Assembly (NCBI GenBank): GCA_951813565.1
Contig: OX638351.1
Span: 2,432,001 to 2,496,000 of the forward strand
Origin: an uncultured Poribacteria bacterium
GTDB lineage: Bacteria > Poribacteria > WGA-4E > WGA-3G
Reading direction: 5' to 3'
DNA: 64,000 nucleotides
The stretch's first letter is position 1, and every line of letters begins with the position of its first letter. Positions 41,087 to 52,326 of the stretch are shown here, piece by piece. Both the position numbers and the translations under genes were made by a program. The notes below the pieces were generated by a model that ran no database searches, was not told the DNA's origin, and saw only the letters and a program-made list of their open reading frames with translations.

Positions 41087-41343
41087 TTTATAAACTCCAT
41101 CTATTTTTCTTATGCCAAATTTATTTAAAGCTAAATTCCTCTGCAATTTAAACGTCTAAACCACAAACTTGGGTACAAATCCGAAAGCAACTTAAGTTCT
41201 TACAAACAATTTCACAAATCACATGTTACTCTTTGGTGGCAAAATTTTTGGATTTGCTATAAAATCCATAAAATAATGCAACCTTTTTCAATTTAAAAAT
41301 CGTCACTTAAATTAAGTAGTGGTACTACTCTGGAGTGCTTTTT

Positions 41344-41683
41344 ATGCAAAATAGCGATTCCGAACTGATTCATCGGACATTAGACGGTGATCAAACGGCA
41401 TTTACTGCTCTCGTTGAAAAATACCAAAAGGGAATTCACGCGCTTGCGTGGCGTAAAATTGGAGATTTTCACATCGCGCAAGAAATTACGCAAGATGCTT
41501 TATCTCAGAGCATATGAAAGGCTCAGAACTTTGAAAGACCACAGCTTGTTCCCGGGATGGGTATATGTGATTGCGTCTCACCTATGCACAGAATGGCATC
41601 GGAAGAAGAAGCTTCTAATCCAATCTTTAGAAACTACTGACGTGGCGGAGATTGATCAAGTGTCATATTCACAATATATAGTA
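41344..41683 (+). pseudogene. ECF sigma-70 factor, frameshifted and truncated by an IS
   Basis: SDSELIHRTLDGDQTAF..LVEKYQ..AQEITQDA; extra base near 41502 breaks DAFLRAY; cut by IS5 at 41684. Confidence 0.85.
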
Positions 41684-42556
41684 CAGCGTATCTCATAAAT
41701 AGCAAAAAACATTAGATTGTCTTTTAATTATGGATCATTTCTGTTAAACTATTGTCCAGTATATATAATAGTTAGGAGATGATTTGAATGGAACTGAGTG
41801 ATAAAGAGTGGCAAATCTTGGAACCGCTGATGCCAGCACTTTCAACTGGACAAAAGGGGAGGCCCTGGCGTGAGAACCGAGAAGTGTTAGATGGCATACT
41901 CTGGGTGTTGCGGACAGGGGCACCTTGGCGGGATTTACCGAAGAAGTATCCGCCGTATCAAACGTGTCATCGTCGTTTTCAACAATGGTCTTCGGATGGC
42001 ACACTTAAAAAGGTGGGCACAACGATCACAGAAAAACTTGAGAAACGCCGTCACCTGAATATGAGTGAATGCAGCATTAATGCGAAGTTCGTTGCAGCAA
42101 AAAAAGGGTTTGTGTGTAGGAAAGACGAAGTGTGGCAAAGGGACAAAACTGGTAGCGATTACAGATAAGCGTGGCAGACCTGTGAGTGTTTTGATTGCGA
42201 GTGCCTCCTGCCATGAAGTCCGTTTGGTTGAACCGGCATTGGATGCGTGTTGGACTTCAGAACCGCCAGGAGTGTTGATAGGAGACAAAGCCTATGACTC
42301 GGATCCTTTAGATGCGTCTTTGCGGTGTCGTGGCACTGAAATGATAGCGCCCCATAAAAAGAATCGGAAGCGTCCTGCTACACAGGATGGTCGTCTACGC
42401 CGGTATAAACGCCGTTTCAAAGTGGAGCGTTTTTTCAGTTGGTGTGAAGACTTTCGGCGTTTGGTAGTGCGTTGGGAATATCATGCTGAAAACTATTTAG
42501 GGTTTGTGCTTCTGGCATGTCTACGGATGTTAATGAGGTATTTATGAGATACGCTG
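41684..42556 (+). mobile_element. IS5 family (IS427-like) element, two ORFs 41788-42168 and ~42100-42547
   Basis: CAGCGTATCTCATAAATA TIR with TA flanks; LRTGAPWRDLP, GDKAYDS, YKRR..VERFF; AAAAAAAG slippery site. Confidence 0.92.
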
Positions 42557-42760
42557 TATAAATAACCCTGATTCCTATGACAGAGGGGTCAATTATCGGC
42601 TTATTACCTATTTTAGTCGAAATGTCGCGAGTTGGAGCTCGCTTGGACAGGAAGAAACTTTTGAAAGAAGTTAGAAACTGTTGGAAAATTGAATGACTCT
42701 GAGTTCAGGTATTCCATATCTTTCCATACAATCACTAAAGTTTGGACAATATTATTAAAT

Positions 42761-43873
42761 TGAGGGTGTTTCATAAATAATAGTTGTCAAAAGTCAGGAT
42801 ACTGGGTATTCTTTCATTTTATATCACATAACTTGAAGGAGATACCCATGCAGTATCCTGACATGAGAGAGTATATCACATTTCTGTTTTCAATGTTAGA
42901 CGAGTTCTTGATATCTCAAGAAGATGTCTCAAAAAGAGGTAGACCCCAGACTTATCCGGATGCTTCGCTCATCGTCTTTTACACCGTTATGACGCTCAAG
43001 GGGATCACGGCTATGCGTGCCCAGCAGATTTATTTGTTTCATCATCCACTCTGGCTTGAAAGATGTCGACTGCCAGCATGTCCGTCTCACGTGGCGCTTG
43101 GTCGCAGATATAAGGCGTTGATGCCTAAACTCAAAGCGTTCACTGAATACATCGCAGCCTCTCAGTTCGCTCGGGAAGCCGGGTTTCTTCAAGAAGTCGT
43201 TTACGAAGATAAAAGCCTGTTCAAAGCTGCGGGGCCCGTCTGGCATCAGAAGGATCGTCTCAACGGCTATCTCCCTAAAGGCTTGCGAGGTGTTGATAAA
43301 ACTGCCACGTGGTCTAAAAGCGGATATCACGGATGGGTTTATGGATATGGACTCCATCTCACCAGCATCCGTAACGGCTTTCCAGTGATGTTTCAGGTGC
43401 TACCTGCCAACGTTAACGAGCGGAAAGTGTTGGATACTAAAAAAGACCGACTTATTGAAAAAGGCGTGCGATGTATCGTTGCTGATAACGGATATATTGA
43501 TAAAAAACGCACCGCAGCTTTTGCCGAAGCCCAAGTGCTTTTGCTAACCCCGAAGACGGCTTTAGCAGAAGCTAACGAACTCTTAGGCGCAGACCCACTC
43601 TATACCGCAACACAAGTTGCCACATGGCAGGTCGCACGAAAAACTGCGATTGAACCTGTCTTTGATTTGTTGAGCAAACTCTTGTCAATCACGGGGGCGC
43701 ATAAACCTTTACCGCTGCGAAATCTGGCGTATGTTTCCACCTTTTTGGGCATGGGTATACTGTTGCTGCAACTTTCAATGTTAATGAATGTCCGATGCGG
43801 GTTACCCACGCGAAATGTTACCTATATCAAAACTGTCTTTCGATAAAAAATAGCGATTTATGAAACACCCTCA
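42761..43873 (+). mobile_element. IS982-like DDE element (transposase 42848..43846)
   Basis: TGAGGGTGTTTCATAAAT 18-bp TIR, ATTAAAT flanking repeats; GWVYGYGLHL, ADNGY, R.AIEPVF; family assignment tentative. Confidence 0.8.
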
Positions 43874-43954
43874 ATTAAATAACAGGGGTTTCATAATGCC
43901 AGGGTCTAAAGTTTAGTCGAAAGTTGTGTAAACCACAACAAGTTTCCATGACTA

Positions 43955-45186
43955 AGTGGTTTACTCGCTAAGTTTTAGGCATATTTTCAATCACAGAACC
44001 GTAGGGTCCTAACTGGTATAAAGGTTGCTTTTGCGGTGTCTCTTCCAGTGGTAAGGGCGTTTATGTGCGTTCCACCAACACACCGCACTATTCAGCGCAT
44101 CTGTCAGTTCCTCTTGCGTCTCAAACCTTCGCCCTTTCAGTGCCAAAGACTTCAACTGTCTCCACCACGGTTCTATCAAGTTCAACCAATACGCATATTT
44201 CGGAATAAACTGCACCCCAATCTCCGGCCACGCCAACAAAGCAGTCTTCACATTGTGACTGTGGTGAGTAGAAAGATTATCTTCAATCAGAAGCCACTTG
44301 TCTGATGGAAACTTCTCTATGACTTTCTCTATTAACGCAATATGGCTCACACTATCCCTCCGCTCCGAAATTACTATCTCCGCTTGACCCGTTGCCGGTT
44401 CAAACGCACCATGAACCCACACTTTTCCACGGCGACCATAGTCCGGGTCATAAGTCGCACGATCCGAACCTTGTTGCCAAACTTCACCCGGATACGTCTT
44501 AGCCGCTACCGGCCCCATTTCGTCAATACAAATTACACGCGTTTGAGGTGGACGATTGACATACGCCGCTATGATGGACCCTTTTTTGGACAAACGCCGC
44601 GTCTTGTTTCTTCGCTTCACGAAACCAACTTTGTTGACGCTTCCAATGCAATCCCTCTTCTTTCAGCCACTCCCAGATCGTTGAATCAGAAAGATGAATA
44701 CCTTGCCTCTCTTTAAACGCAGTTTGCAACCGGACGAGTGTCCACAACTCAAACGGATAACCGAGACTGCGCGGTTTTCGCAACGCTAAATCTATCAGTT
44801 GACCCCGCACCTCATCTGAATGGATGCGCGGTTTACCACTTTTCGGTTTATCGGTGAGCCCTGAGATACCCGCTTCATTGAAGCGTTTGACCCAACACGC
44901 ACCAGAGTTGCTTGATTTGAAACCTGCCTGTTGTGCTGCTTGGGTGGCTGTGAGCGTCTTATCATCAAGCATACTCACAACCAACTTCGCACGCTGCACC
45001 ATCCGATAGGCGTGTGTGCGTGAACTCGCAACTGTTCTGAGTTCTGATTCTTCTTCTTCACTGACTTCGCGTAAATGATGCACTCGCTTTCCCATCTAAA
45101 TGCTCCTGTCCATTTAATTCAATAGATAGAAGAAGTATACCATAAATAGAAAAATAATGACATAAAATCTTGGCGAGTCAACCACT
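43955..45186 (-). mobile_element. IS630 family element (orfA from 45095, orfB to 44009, frameshift at AAAAAAG)
   Basis: Imperfect TIR AGTGGTT(T/G)ACTCGC(T/C)AAG; DEMG, DNLSTH, WLNLIEPWW. Confidence 0.88.
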
Positions 45187-45261
45187 AAACTTAGGCATGT
45201 TCGTATTTGTCATTGGCGTCTCCTGTTTATTTTAATTTTGTAATTCCGATAGATGAACTGT

Positions 45262-45430
45262 TTAATCATGGTTTATCTGTAAGGGAAGGTTATCAATAAT
45301 CCGCGCAGATTCCACACTCACATAAACGATACGCTTAATTGCCGTAACCAAATCACGCGGATCAGCAAACCAACCGTTGGGGCCATTGACGGTGCCGCTA
45401 TCCCTATCGATGAGTGTTCTTCTTTCAATG
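45262..45430 (-). pseudogene. C-terminal remnant of a type ISP restriction-modification enzyme
   Basis: DRDSGTVNGPNGW..PRDLVTAIKRIVYVSVESARIIDNLP resembles LlaGI-type C-termini. Confidence 0.6.
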
Positions 45431-45468
45431 TCTCTAGAACGCACAACTTTTCAGTCTGCATCTGATTT

Positions 45469-46290
45469 TCATTCCTTAAACGAAGCAGTAACCCGCGGAA
45501 TACTCTCCTCACAAGCAAACCGTTCAATGCTGGATGCGCCGACAAAACCGACTGTGTCAGTATTCTCATTGATATAAGCAGCATCTGGTGCCTTTGCGAT
45601 AGGACCACCGTGTGACAAGCAGATCACATCAGGATTCTGTGACTTTGCTGCATCACATATTTCTTGTACACGTACAGCTGCATCTTCAAGTGTGAAAGCG
45701 GATTCAGCTCCAATTGTACCACCGACCGTCGTGTTCATGTGTGCTATAATAACATCCGCACCGACCTTTGCCATATTCTCGGACTCTTCAGGGTTAAAGA
45801 CATAGACGATGGTGAACAGATCCATCTCATGTGCAATGCCGATTGTCTCTACCTCTTTATAGAAACCCATTCCTGTCTCTTCAAGGGTCACTCGAAAAGT
45901 GCCGTCAATCACGCCAACGGTGGGAAAGTTATTTACGCCGTCAAAACCTACATCGCGAACCTGCTTTAGAAAATTGCCCATCCGCCGCGTAGGGTCTGTA
46001 CCGTTTACACCAGCGATAACGGGGGTTTCCTTGACAACTGGTAAGACTTCTCGTTCACCCATCTCCATCACGATAGCATTTGCATCACCGTAGGCTAAAA
46101 GACCCGCGCACGAACCGAAGCCTGACATCCGATAGCGACCAGAGTTGTAAATAACAATCAGATCTGCGCCACCTTTTTCCGCGAATTTTGCGGTGATACC
46201 TGTTCCTGCCCCGACAGCGAGCAAAGATTTTCCCTTATCTAACTCCGATCTAAGTCGTCCTAACACTTCATTTCGTGTATAATCTGGCAT
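45469..46290 (-). CDS. Phosphoenolpyruvate-hydrolase-like / Tm-1-type TIM-barrel protein
   Basis: GAGTGITAK, YNSGRYRM, NFPTVG.IDG, HGGPI, GASSIER. Confidence 0.88.
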   Translation of the reverse strand: MPDYTRNEVLGRLRSELDKGKSLLAVGAGTGITAKFAEKGGADLIVIYNSGRYRMSGFGSCAGLLAYGDANAIVMEMGEREVLPVVKETPVIAGVNGTDPTRRMGNFLKQVRDVGFDGVNNFPTVGVIDGTFRVTLEETGMGFYKEVETIGIAHEMDLFTIVYVFNPEESENMAKVGADVIIAHMNTTVGGTIGAESAFTLEDAAVRVQEICDAAKSQNPDVICLSHGGPIAKAPDAAYINENTDTVGFVGASSIERFACEESIPRVTASFKE

Positions 46291-46409
46291 TTAGTTTTCC
46301 TTCTCTTAATAGTTTTCGGCTATCGGTCATCAGCCTTCAGTGGTCAGTAAGAGGCATGTGGTTAAATCAGAAATCTCTTTACTGAAAACTGACAACTGAT
46401 AACTAATTT

Positions 46410-47804
46410 TTACTCATTCCGTGATTTTGCCTGTAAACGCGCTGCCTCGCCCGGATTTCCGATGTGCATTGTGTTATACGCCTGATCCGATGACTTAAAG
46501 GGACCCACACCTTTGTGACCGTGCCAATCGCCTTGATTCATAATCGGGTTGGGCAATCCTGTTTCTTTCTCACGCTGCAGAATCCAGTTCTTCATCCGCG
46601 TTTCCAAAACGTTGACTATATCCGGATGTTTTTCTACAAGGTTATCGTTCTCATCAGGGTCTTGGATGAGATTATAGAGTTCAACAGGCGGCTTGTAATG
46701 GAAATCAGGTTCAAGTGCAACGATGAGTTTCCATTCAGGAGTACGCCATCCGTGCTTGCGCATCCACGTACATTCTGTAATATAAAACTCACTTTCATAG
46801 GAAGCAATTTCACCACTTATTAAAGGCGTGAGACTATCACCATCAAATGCGATGTCTGTTTCAATATCTGCTAATTCAAGGAGTGTCGGGACAAGGTCTT
46901 TATGTTGGTTATATCCAGAGACTCGTCTGCCAGCAGGTACATGACCGGGATATCGGATAATAAGAGGTACATGCAAGGTAACATCGTAGAGTCCGTGATG
47001 GTCAAACCAGCATTCGTGGTCATAGAGGGTTTCGCCATGGTCACCGTTAATGACAACGATTGTTTCGTCCAGTACGCCACGCGTTTCAAGTGCATTAAAG
47101 AGCGTCTGAATACAGGCATCCATATAAGCAATTGCACCATCATATTGGGCAATGACGTAATCCTTGTCTGTAATTCCAACAGGCATCCATGAAGCAAAGT
47201 AATCACAGAACGGTTTGAACGACATCACAGGTTCCATAGATTTATTGCTCGGATCACATTCATCGCCATGGTAGAACATCCGTTCATAAGGTGCAGGAGG
47301 CAGATAGGGGGAATGCGGGTCCATGTGTCGTAAGAACAAGAAAAACGGCTTTTCATCGCTTTGGTCAATTAACCGATTCAACTCAGGAAGGGTTGTTTTG
47401 TTTAGGTTTTCAGCTTTGGGGCTACGTCCCGTATCATCAGGTCCCCATCCAGAGAATTCGAGATAGGTATCAAAGCCGCGCCCGCTCGGACCACCGAATC
47501 CAACGCAAGTAGTATCATAGCCAACGTCCTTCAGTATCTCCGCCAACGTTTTCACTTCTTCGCGTAGCGGTCCCTGGTGTCGGAGTGCTACAACTTGTGT
47601 ACTAAAGGTATCCATACCTGTGAGCATAGATGCATAAGCACTTGTTGTGGGGATGTGGGGACTATAGGTTTTCTCAAAAAGCGTGCCACTCTCCGCAAAC
47701 TTGTCAATGTGTGGTGTTGTCTGTCGGTGATACCCGTAACAACTCATGTGTGTGGCGAGAAGCGAATCGACACCCATCAGTACAATATTTGGCTGTTTTG
47801 CCAT
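46410..47804 (-). CDS. Sulfatase-like hydrolase with non-canonical active-site motif
   Basis: PNIVL..DSL, PTTSAYASMLTG, DPHSPY, GDHGE, ELYNL..DP.E. Confidence 0.8.
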   Translation of the reverse strand: MAKQPNIVLMGVDSLLATHMSCYGYHRQTTPHIDKFAESGTLFEKTYSPHIPTTSAYASMLTGMDTFSTQVVALRHQGPLREEVKTLAEILKDVGYDTTCVGFGGPSGRGFDTYLEFSGWGPDDTGRSPKAENLNKTTLPELNRLIDQSDEKPFFLFLRHMDPHSPYLPPAPYERMFYHGDECDPSNKSMEPVMSFKPFCDYFASWMPVGITDKDYVIAQYDGAIAYMDACIQTLFNALETRGVLDETIVVINGDHGETLYDHECWFDHHGLYDVTLHVPLIIRYPGHVPAGRRVSGYNQHKDLVPTLLELADIETDIAFDGDSLTPLISGEIASYESEFYITECTWMRKHGWRTPEWKLIVALEPDFHYKPPVELYNLIQDPDENDNLVEKHPDIVNVLETRMKNWILQREKETGLPNPIMNQGDWHGHKGVGPFKSSDQAYNTMHIGNPGEAARLQAKSRNE

Positions 47805-47943
47805 GTTTTTTCTCCTTACATATCCATTCTGATTTATGATAAAACTTGTAATTTTCGGAAGACCTTTGATAGCGCGTTTACAAAACGCGCCTACAGAAAT
47901 GTGTAAGTACCCATTCTGATTTCAGTAAGGCAAGTTAGTGCAT

Positions 47944-48762
47944 CTATTTGTTATTTTTCCAATCATTGTGCCAAACAAGCGTATTCTGCACATCGTCGTC
48001 AAGCACATCACCAACTGTTAGTGAGTTAAAATAATCTTCGGGCAGGATGTTTCTTTTTCCGTTAAAAGTGCACCCATCAGGCATGAAACCACATGTCATT
48101 GCTCGGCGATGCGAAAACGTCATGTTTGCACCTGCACCATGTGCAGTCAATCCGTTATGCCATACCATAGAACCCGCAGGACACGGTGCTGATTGCGGTT
48201 CAAGTTTTTTCCATTCTGGGTAAACATTGAACAGCGCACCGATGTTTTCTCCGATGCCGACGTTATCAAAACGCGCTGTTTTGTGGGTTCTGGGGAGATA
48301 CCACATACAACCGTTTCCAAGTGTCGCGTCATCTAATGCAACCCAAAACGAGACGGCGTCACGCGAGTCAAATGACCAGTACGGGACATCAAGGTGCCAA
48401 GCGGTGGGGTTGCCATTAGGGGGTTTAATCAACGCTTGGTCGTGCCAAATTCGCATACCATCCGTCCCAGCCAATTGTGTTGCCATTTTTCCTATTTTGG
48501 GGTCATGCACTAACTTTCGCATGCCGGGGTGTGTATCTGAGAGGCGTAAACATTGGGTAAAGACCCGTGCATAAAAATTAGATGGGTCCAATTGGTTTGT
48601 GAAAAATTCAACGGAATTTCCAAGACGTTCAGTTACGGATTCATCTGTGCATCTACGCCATTCTGCTAATTCATCAGCATCCAAAAAATTTTTGATGACA
48701 AGGTATCCGTTTTCCTGATAAAAATCAATTTGTTCCGTGGTGAGTTCGTGCCGCATCTCCAC
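47944..48762 (-). CDS. PhyH family dioxygenase
   Basis: WHLD.PYW, WVALDDAT..NGCM, HGAGAN..RRA. Confidence 0.88.
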   Translation of the reverse strand: MEMRHELTTEQIDFYQENGYLVIKNFLDADELAEWRRCTDESVTERLGNSVEFFTNQLDPSNFYARVFTQCLRLSDTHPGMRKLVHDPKIGKMATQLAGTDGMRIWHDQALIKPPNGNPTAWHLDVPYWSFDSRDAVSFWVALDDATLGNGCMWYLPRTHKTARFDNVGIGENIGALFNVYPEWKKLEPQSAPCPAGSMVWHNGLTAHGAGANMTFSHRRAMTCGFMPDGCTFNGKRNILPEDYFNSLTVGDVLDDDVQNTLVWHNDWKNNK

Positions 48763-49023
48763 GTTCTCCTTCCATAAGTTCGGGTAATAATCTTTGCAAT
48801 TTTGAACCCGATTTCAATACGTCATTATGTAATTATCGTATCATGTAAAACGCAAATAGACAAGTGAAATTTATAGACCGTTCTTTTCTTCTGAAACATC
48901 CTCAACAAATGTTTGCAGTCTATTTCAATTGACACACTGTGTGAAATCTGTTATATTAAATTTATTCCGATTGTAACAAGTAAAAGGCAGTTTTGCCATA
49001 TATTTCTTTCTTATAACCTATCA

Positions 49024-49362
49024 ATGCGTAACACACAACTGAGAGAATTAGAATTCTACAGAACTCAAAATGGCAGAGAACCTTTCACTGAATGGTTTGA
49101 ATCAATCCGAGATAAAAATGTACTTAACAGAATTGAACGAAGAATTAACCGACTTGAAAGTGGTAATTTGGGTGACTGTAGTCCTGTTGGCGAAGGCGTT
49201 TTTGAACTACGACTCCACTTCGGTCCCGGTTATCGCATCTATTTTGGAGAAGTTGCAAACACGGTAATTGTCCTACTTTGTGGTGGTGATAAATCGTCAC
49301 AGCAGCGTGACATTGAACGCGCAAAAACTTACTGGTTAGAATATAAGGGAACACAACGATGA
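49024..49362 (+). CDS. Type II TA toxin, RelE/HigB (addiction module killer) family
   Basis: GNLGD..VGEGVFELRLHFGPGYRIYF..LLCGGDKSSQQRDI. Confidence 0.9.
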   Translation: MRNTQLRELEFYRTQNGREPFTEWFESIRDKNVLNRIERRINRLESGNLGDCSPVGEGVFELRLHFGPGYRIYFGEVANTVIVLLCGGDKSSQQRDIERAKTYWLEYKGTQR

Positions 49363-49682
49363 GAAAATTTCGAAAATGGCACGATTATCTAATTGAACGT
49401 CTTGCCGCAAACAAAGAAGAGGCAATTGGTTATCTTGATGTAGCGTTGGAAGAATATCAAGAAGATGGTGATACATCCTTCTTTCTAAAAGGTGTTAGAA
49501 ATGTAGTAGAAGCGCAGGGTGGTGTTTCCGAGCTTGCCAAGAAGACGAAGATGTCTCCAGATGCCTTGCAAAAGATACTCTCAAGTGATAAGGCACCGCA
49601 TGTTGACAAGTTCGGAACCATTCTGAATGCACTCGGATGTCGATTGTCTGTTGTGCCGTTAGAAAACGAACATCCTTCATAA
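49359..49682 (+). CDS. Addiction module antidote (HTH antitoxin)
   Basis: YLDVALE..GD..FLKGVRNVVEAQGGVSELAK; ATGA overlap with toxin. Confidence 0.88.
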   Translation: MRKFRKWHDYLIERLAANKEEAIGYLDVALEEYQEDGDTSFFLKGVRNVVEAQGGVSELAKKTKMSPDALQKILSSDKAPHVDKFGTILNALGCRLSVVPLENEHPS

Positions 49683-49736
49683 AAAATTGTAGATGAAAAT
49701 TAGGAAGCGCTTGGGGTTGATTACGACGAAAAACTG

Positions 49737-49803
49737 ATGCATAACACACAACCGAGAGAACTACAGTTCTACCGGACTCCAAACGGTCAGGTGCCTTTTA
49801 CTA
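49737..49803 (+). pseudogene. 5' stub of a second RelE/HigB toxin paralog truncated by IS5
   Basis: MHNTQPRELQFYRTPNGQVPFT versus MRNTQLRELEFYRTQNGREPFT. Confidence 0.75.
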
Positions 49804-50676
49804 CAGCGTATCTCATAAATAGCAAAAAACATTAGATTGTCTTTTAATTATGGATCATTTCTGTTAAACTATTGTCCAGTATATATAATAGTTAGGAGAT
49901 GATTTGAATGGAACTGAGTGATAAAGCGTGGCAAATCTTGGAACCGCTGATGCCAGCACTTTCAACTGGACAAAAGGGGAGGCCCTGGCGTGAGAACCGA
50001 GAAGTGTTAGATGGCATACTCTGGGTGTTGCGGACAGGGGCACCTTGGCGGGATTTACCGAAGAAGTATCCGCCGTATCAAACGTGTCATCGTCGTTTTC
50101 AACAATGGTCTTCGGATGGCACACTTAAAAAGGTGGGCACAACGATCACAGAAAAACTTGAGAAACGCCGTCACCTGAATATGAGTGAATGCAGCATTAA
50201 TGCGAAGTTCGTTGCAGCAAAAAAAGGGTTTGTGTGTAGGAAAGACGAAGTGTGGCAAAGGGACAAAACTGGTAGCGATTACAGATAAGCGTGGCAGACC
50301 TGTGAGTGTTTTGATTGCGAGTGCCTCCTGCCATGAAGTCCGTTTGGTTGAACCGGCATTGGATGCGTGTTGGACTTCAGAACCGCCAGGAGTGTTGATA
50401 GGAGACAAAGCCTATGACTCGGATCCTTTAGATGTGTCTTTGCGGTGTCGTGGCACTGAAATGATAGCACCCCATAAAAAGAATCGGAAGCGTCCTGCTA
50501 CACAGGATGGTCGTCTACGCCGGTATAAACGCCGTTTCAAAGTGGAGCGTTTTTTCAGTTGGTGTGAAGACTTTCGGCGTTTGGTAGTGCGTTGGGAATA
50601 TCATGCTGAAAACTATTTAGGGTTTGTGCTTCTGGCATGTCTACGGATGTTAATGAGGTATTTATGAGATACGCTG
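49804..50676 (+). mobile_element. IS5 family (IS427-like) element, second copy
   Basis: Near-identical to 41684..42556, with a few substitutions. Confidence 0.92.
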
Positions 50677-50880
50677 TATAAATAACCCTGATTCCTATGA
50701 CAGAGGGGTCAATTATCGGCTTATTACCTATTTTAGTCGAAATGTCGCGAGTTGGAGCTCGCTTGGACAGGAAGAAACTTTTGAAAGAAGTTAGAAACTG
50801 TTGGAAAATTGAATGACTCTGAGTTCAGGTATTCCATATCTTTCCATACAATCACTAAAGTTTGGACAATATTATTAAAT

Positions 50881-51044
50881 TGAGGGTGTTTCATAAATAA
50901 TAGTTGTCAAAAGTCAGGATACTGGGTATTCTTTCATTTTATATTACATAACTTGAAGGAGATACCCATGCAGTATCCTGACATGAGAGAGTATATCACA
51001 TTTCTGTTTTCAATGTTAGACGAGTTCTTGATATCTCAAGAAGA
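50881..51044 (+). mobile_element. Truncated left end of the IS982-like element
   Basis: Matches 42761..42924 (one substitution seen), then breaks off abruptly. Confidence 0.8.
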
Positions 51045-51597
51045 CGTATTCGTTCATTCCGTTCAGCACGTCGAAGGCGATAAACTCTGCCTAATTCCCT
51101 TTCTTGCTTGAGTAAATCCCGCCACTTTACAACACCTGATCTCGTACTCATATCTACTGCCCCTGCTGCTTCCACTAATGAGCGACTTTGTGTCTCATAT
51201 TTCCTTTGAGCCTTCGAAAGTTCACTGTTAGCTTCATACACAAGCTTTGTGAGTTCATCTCCACTATACTTTGGCAGTTCAGCATCTGTAGGCAATTTAA
51301 CTGAAAAGTCAAAATGCCCCCCAGCAATAGGCACGTGCGCTCCCTCTTGCCACACATCAGGTGCGTCTATTCGCACTTGATGAAAATGGTCACCATGCGG
51401 GACCCATTTGTAGCCCTCTTTCGCGGAGGCAGGTTATTCTCTGCGACCAGTTTATCCTTTTCTTCAAGCATTTTCTCGTCTTGTGCAAGTTGTTCTTTGA
51501 GCTGCGCGACTTGTGACCACTGCCAATAGATAAAGCCACCAGCAGCAATCAGGACAACAATTAGGGCTGCGATGCCCCAATACATTTTGCGATTCAT
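51045..51597 (-). pseudogene. Membrane-anchored hypothetical protein with HGDHFH motif, frameshifted and 3'-truncated
   Basis: MNRKMYWGIAAL TM anchor; a shift near 51425 joins AKEGYKWVPHGDHFHQVRIDAPDVWQ to ORF 50996..51376. Confidence 0.65.
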
Positions 51598-51849
51598 CTA
51601 ATGATCCTCCTGTCTAAGCTTGTTGTTATCCCTGCTATTCGTTGTTTCCAGTGTGCAAGGTAGCGTTGGATTTGGGTTTGGACAAATCGGTTTTTGTCCA
51701 CGCTGTAAACATTCCGATCGGATGCTTCGTTCACGTACACAATCGGACGCATCTATCTGTGTCGCATCAAGCGTGCCAAACAGCAGCAGACCGAAGGCTA
51801 AAATCAATATAGGAATAATAAGCGTTGTGAGAGTGTAGTCTTGTCTCAT
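51598..51849 (-). CDS. Small protein with N-terminal hydrophobic segment and four Cys
   Basis: GAGGAGG RBS before MRQDYT; stop abuts the next start. Confidence 0.5.
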   Translation of the reverse strand: MRQDYTLTTLIIPILILAFGLLLFGTLDATQIDASDCVRERSIRSECLQRGQKPICPNPNPTLPCTLETTNSRDNNKLRQEDH

Positions 51850-52044
51850 CTTGTGCCTCCTCATTATTTGAGTAGGTTAATTGTTTTGACAGACTACAGA
51901 AATAGGTGGGGAATGCCTAAAGACGAATGCGCTTGGTAGAATACGCTTTTGGTATTCTACATGATTCGCCATGATTCATACCGTTGATTAGGTATCTATA
52001 AGTTTTAACTATCCCTGTAGAGGTCGCTGGTCTCTAAAGTAACA

Positions 52045-52073
52045 TTGACGCTTCAGAAGGTCTATGCTAAAAT
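52045..52073 (+). promoter_or_regulatory. Sigma70-like promoter TTGACG-17-TAAAAT with extended -10 TG
   Basis: Consensus match and spacing; followed by two hairpins rather than an ORF. Confidence 0.55.
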
Positions 52074-52206
52074 AGATACCAGCGCTGTCAGACTGTTCCT
52101 GGCAGTGCTTCGCATCGGCAGTGGGGTTAACACTGTCGGTGCATCTAAAAAGCACCTCCGACATTAAAAATCCGCATATACCGTGAATTTCTAATATCTA
52201 TAAGGT

Positions 52207-52235
52207 ATTATACACTTTGTGCATTTTTTGTGCAA
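52207..52235 (-). promoter_or_regulatory. Sigma70-like promoter TTGCAC-17-TATAAT, convergent with the 52045 promoter
   Basis: Perfect -10 and 17-bp spacer on the minus strand. Confidence 0.55.
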
Positions 52236-52326
52236 CAACTTTTTTGAATTTTTTCACAAAATATAATCAGGACAGACGCATTCCCCCTTAATAAGAGGGA
52301 TTAGGAAGGTAAAAAGTCGCTATTTT

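Noticed and set aside
46313..46405. Heptamer-like CTGA/TCAG palindromic repeats (also ~29497-29580)
   Set aside because: Degenerate intergenic repeats too short to define an element
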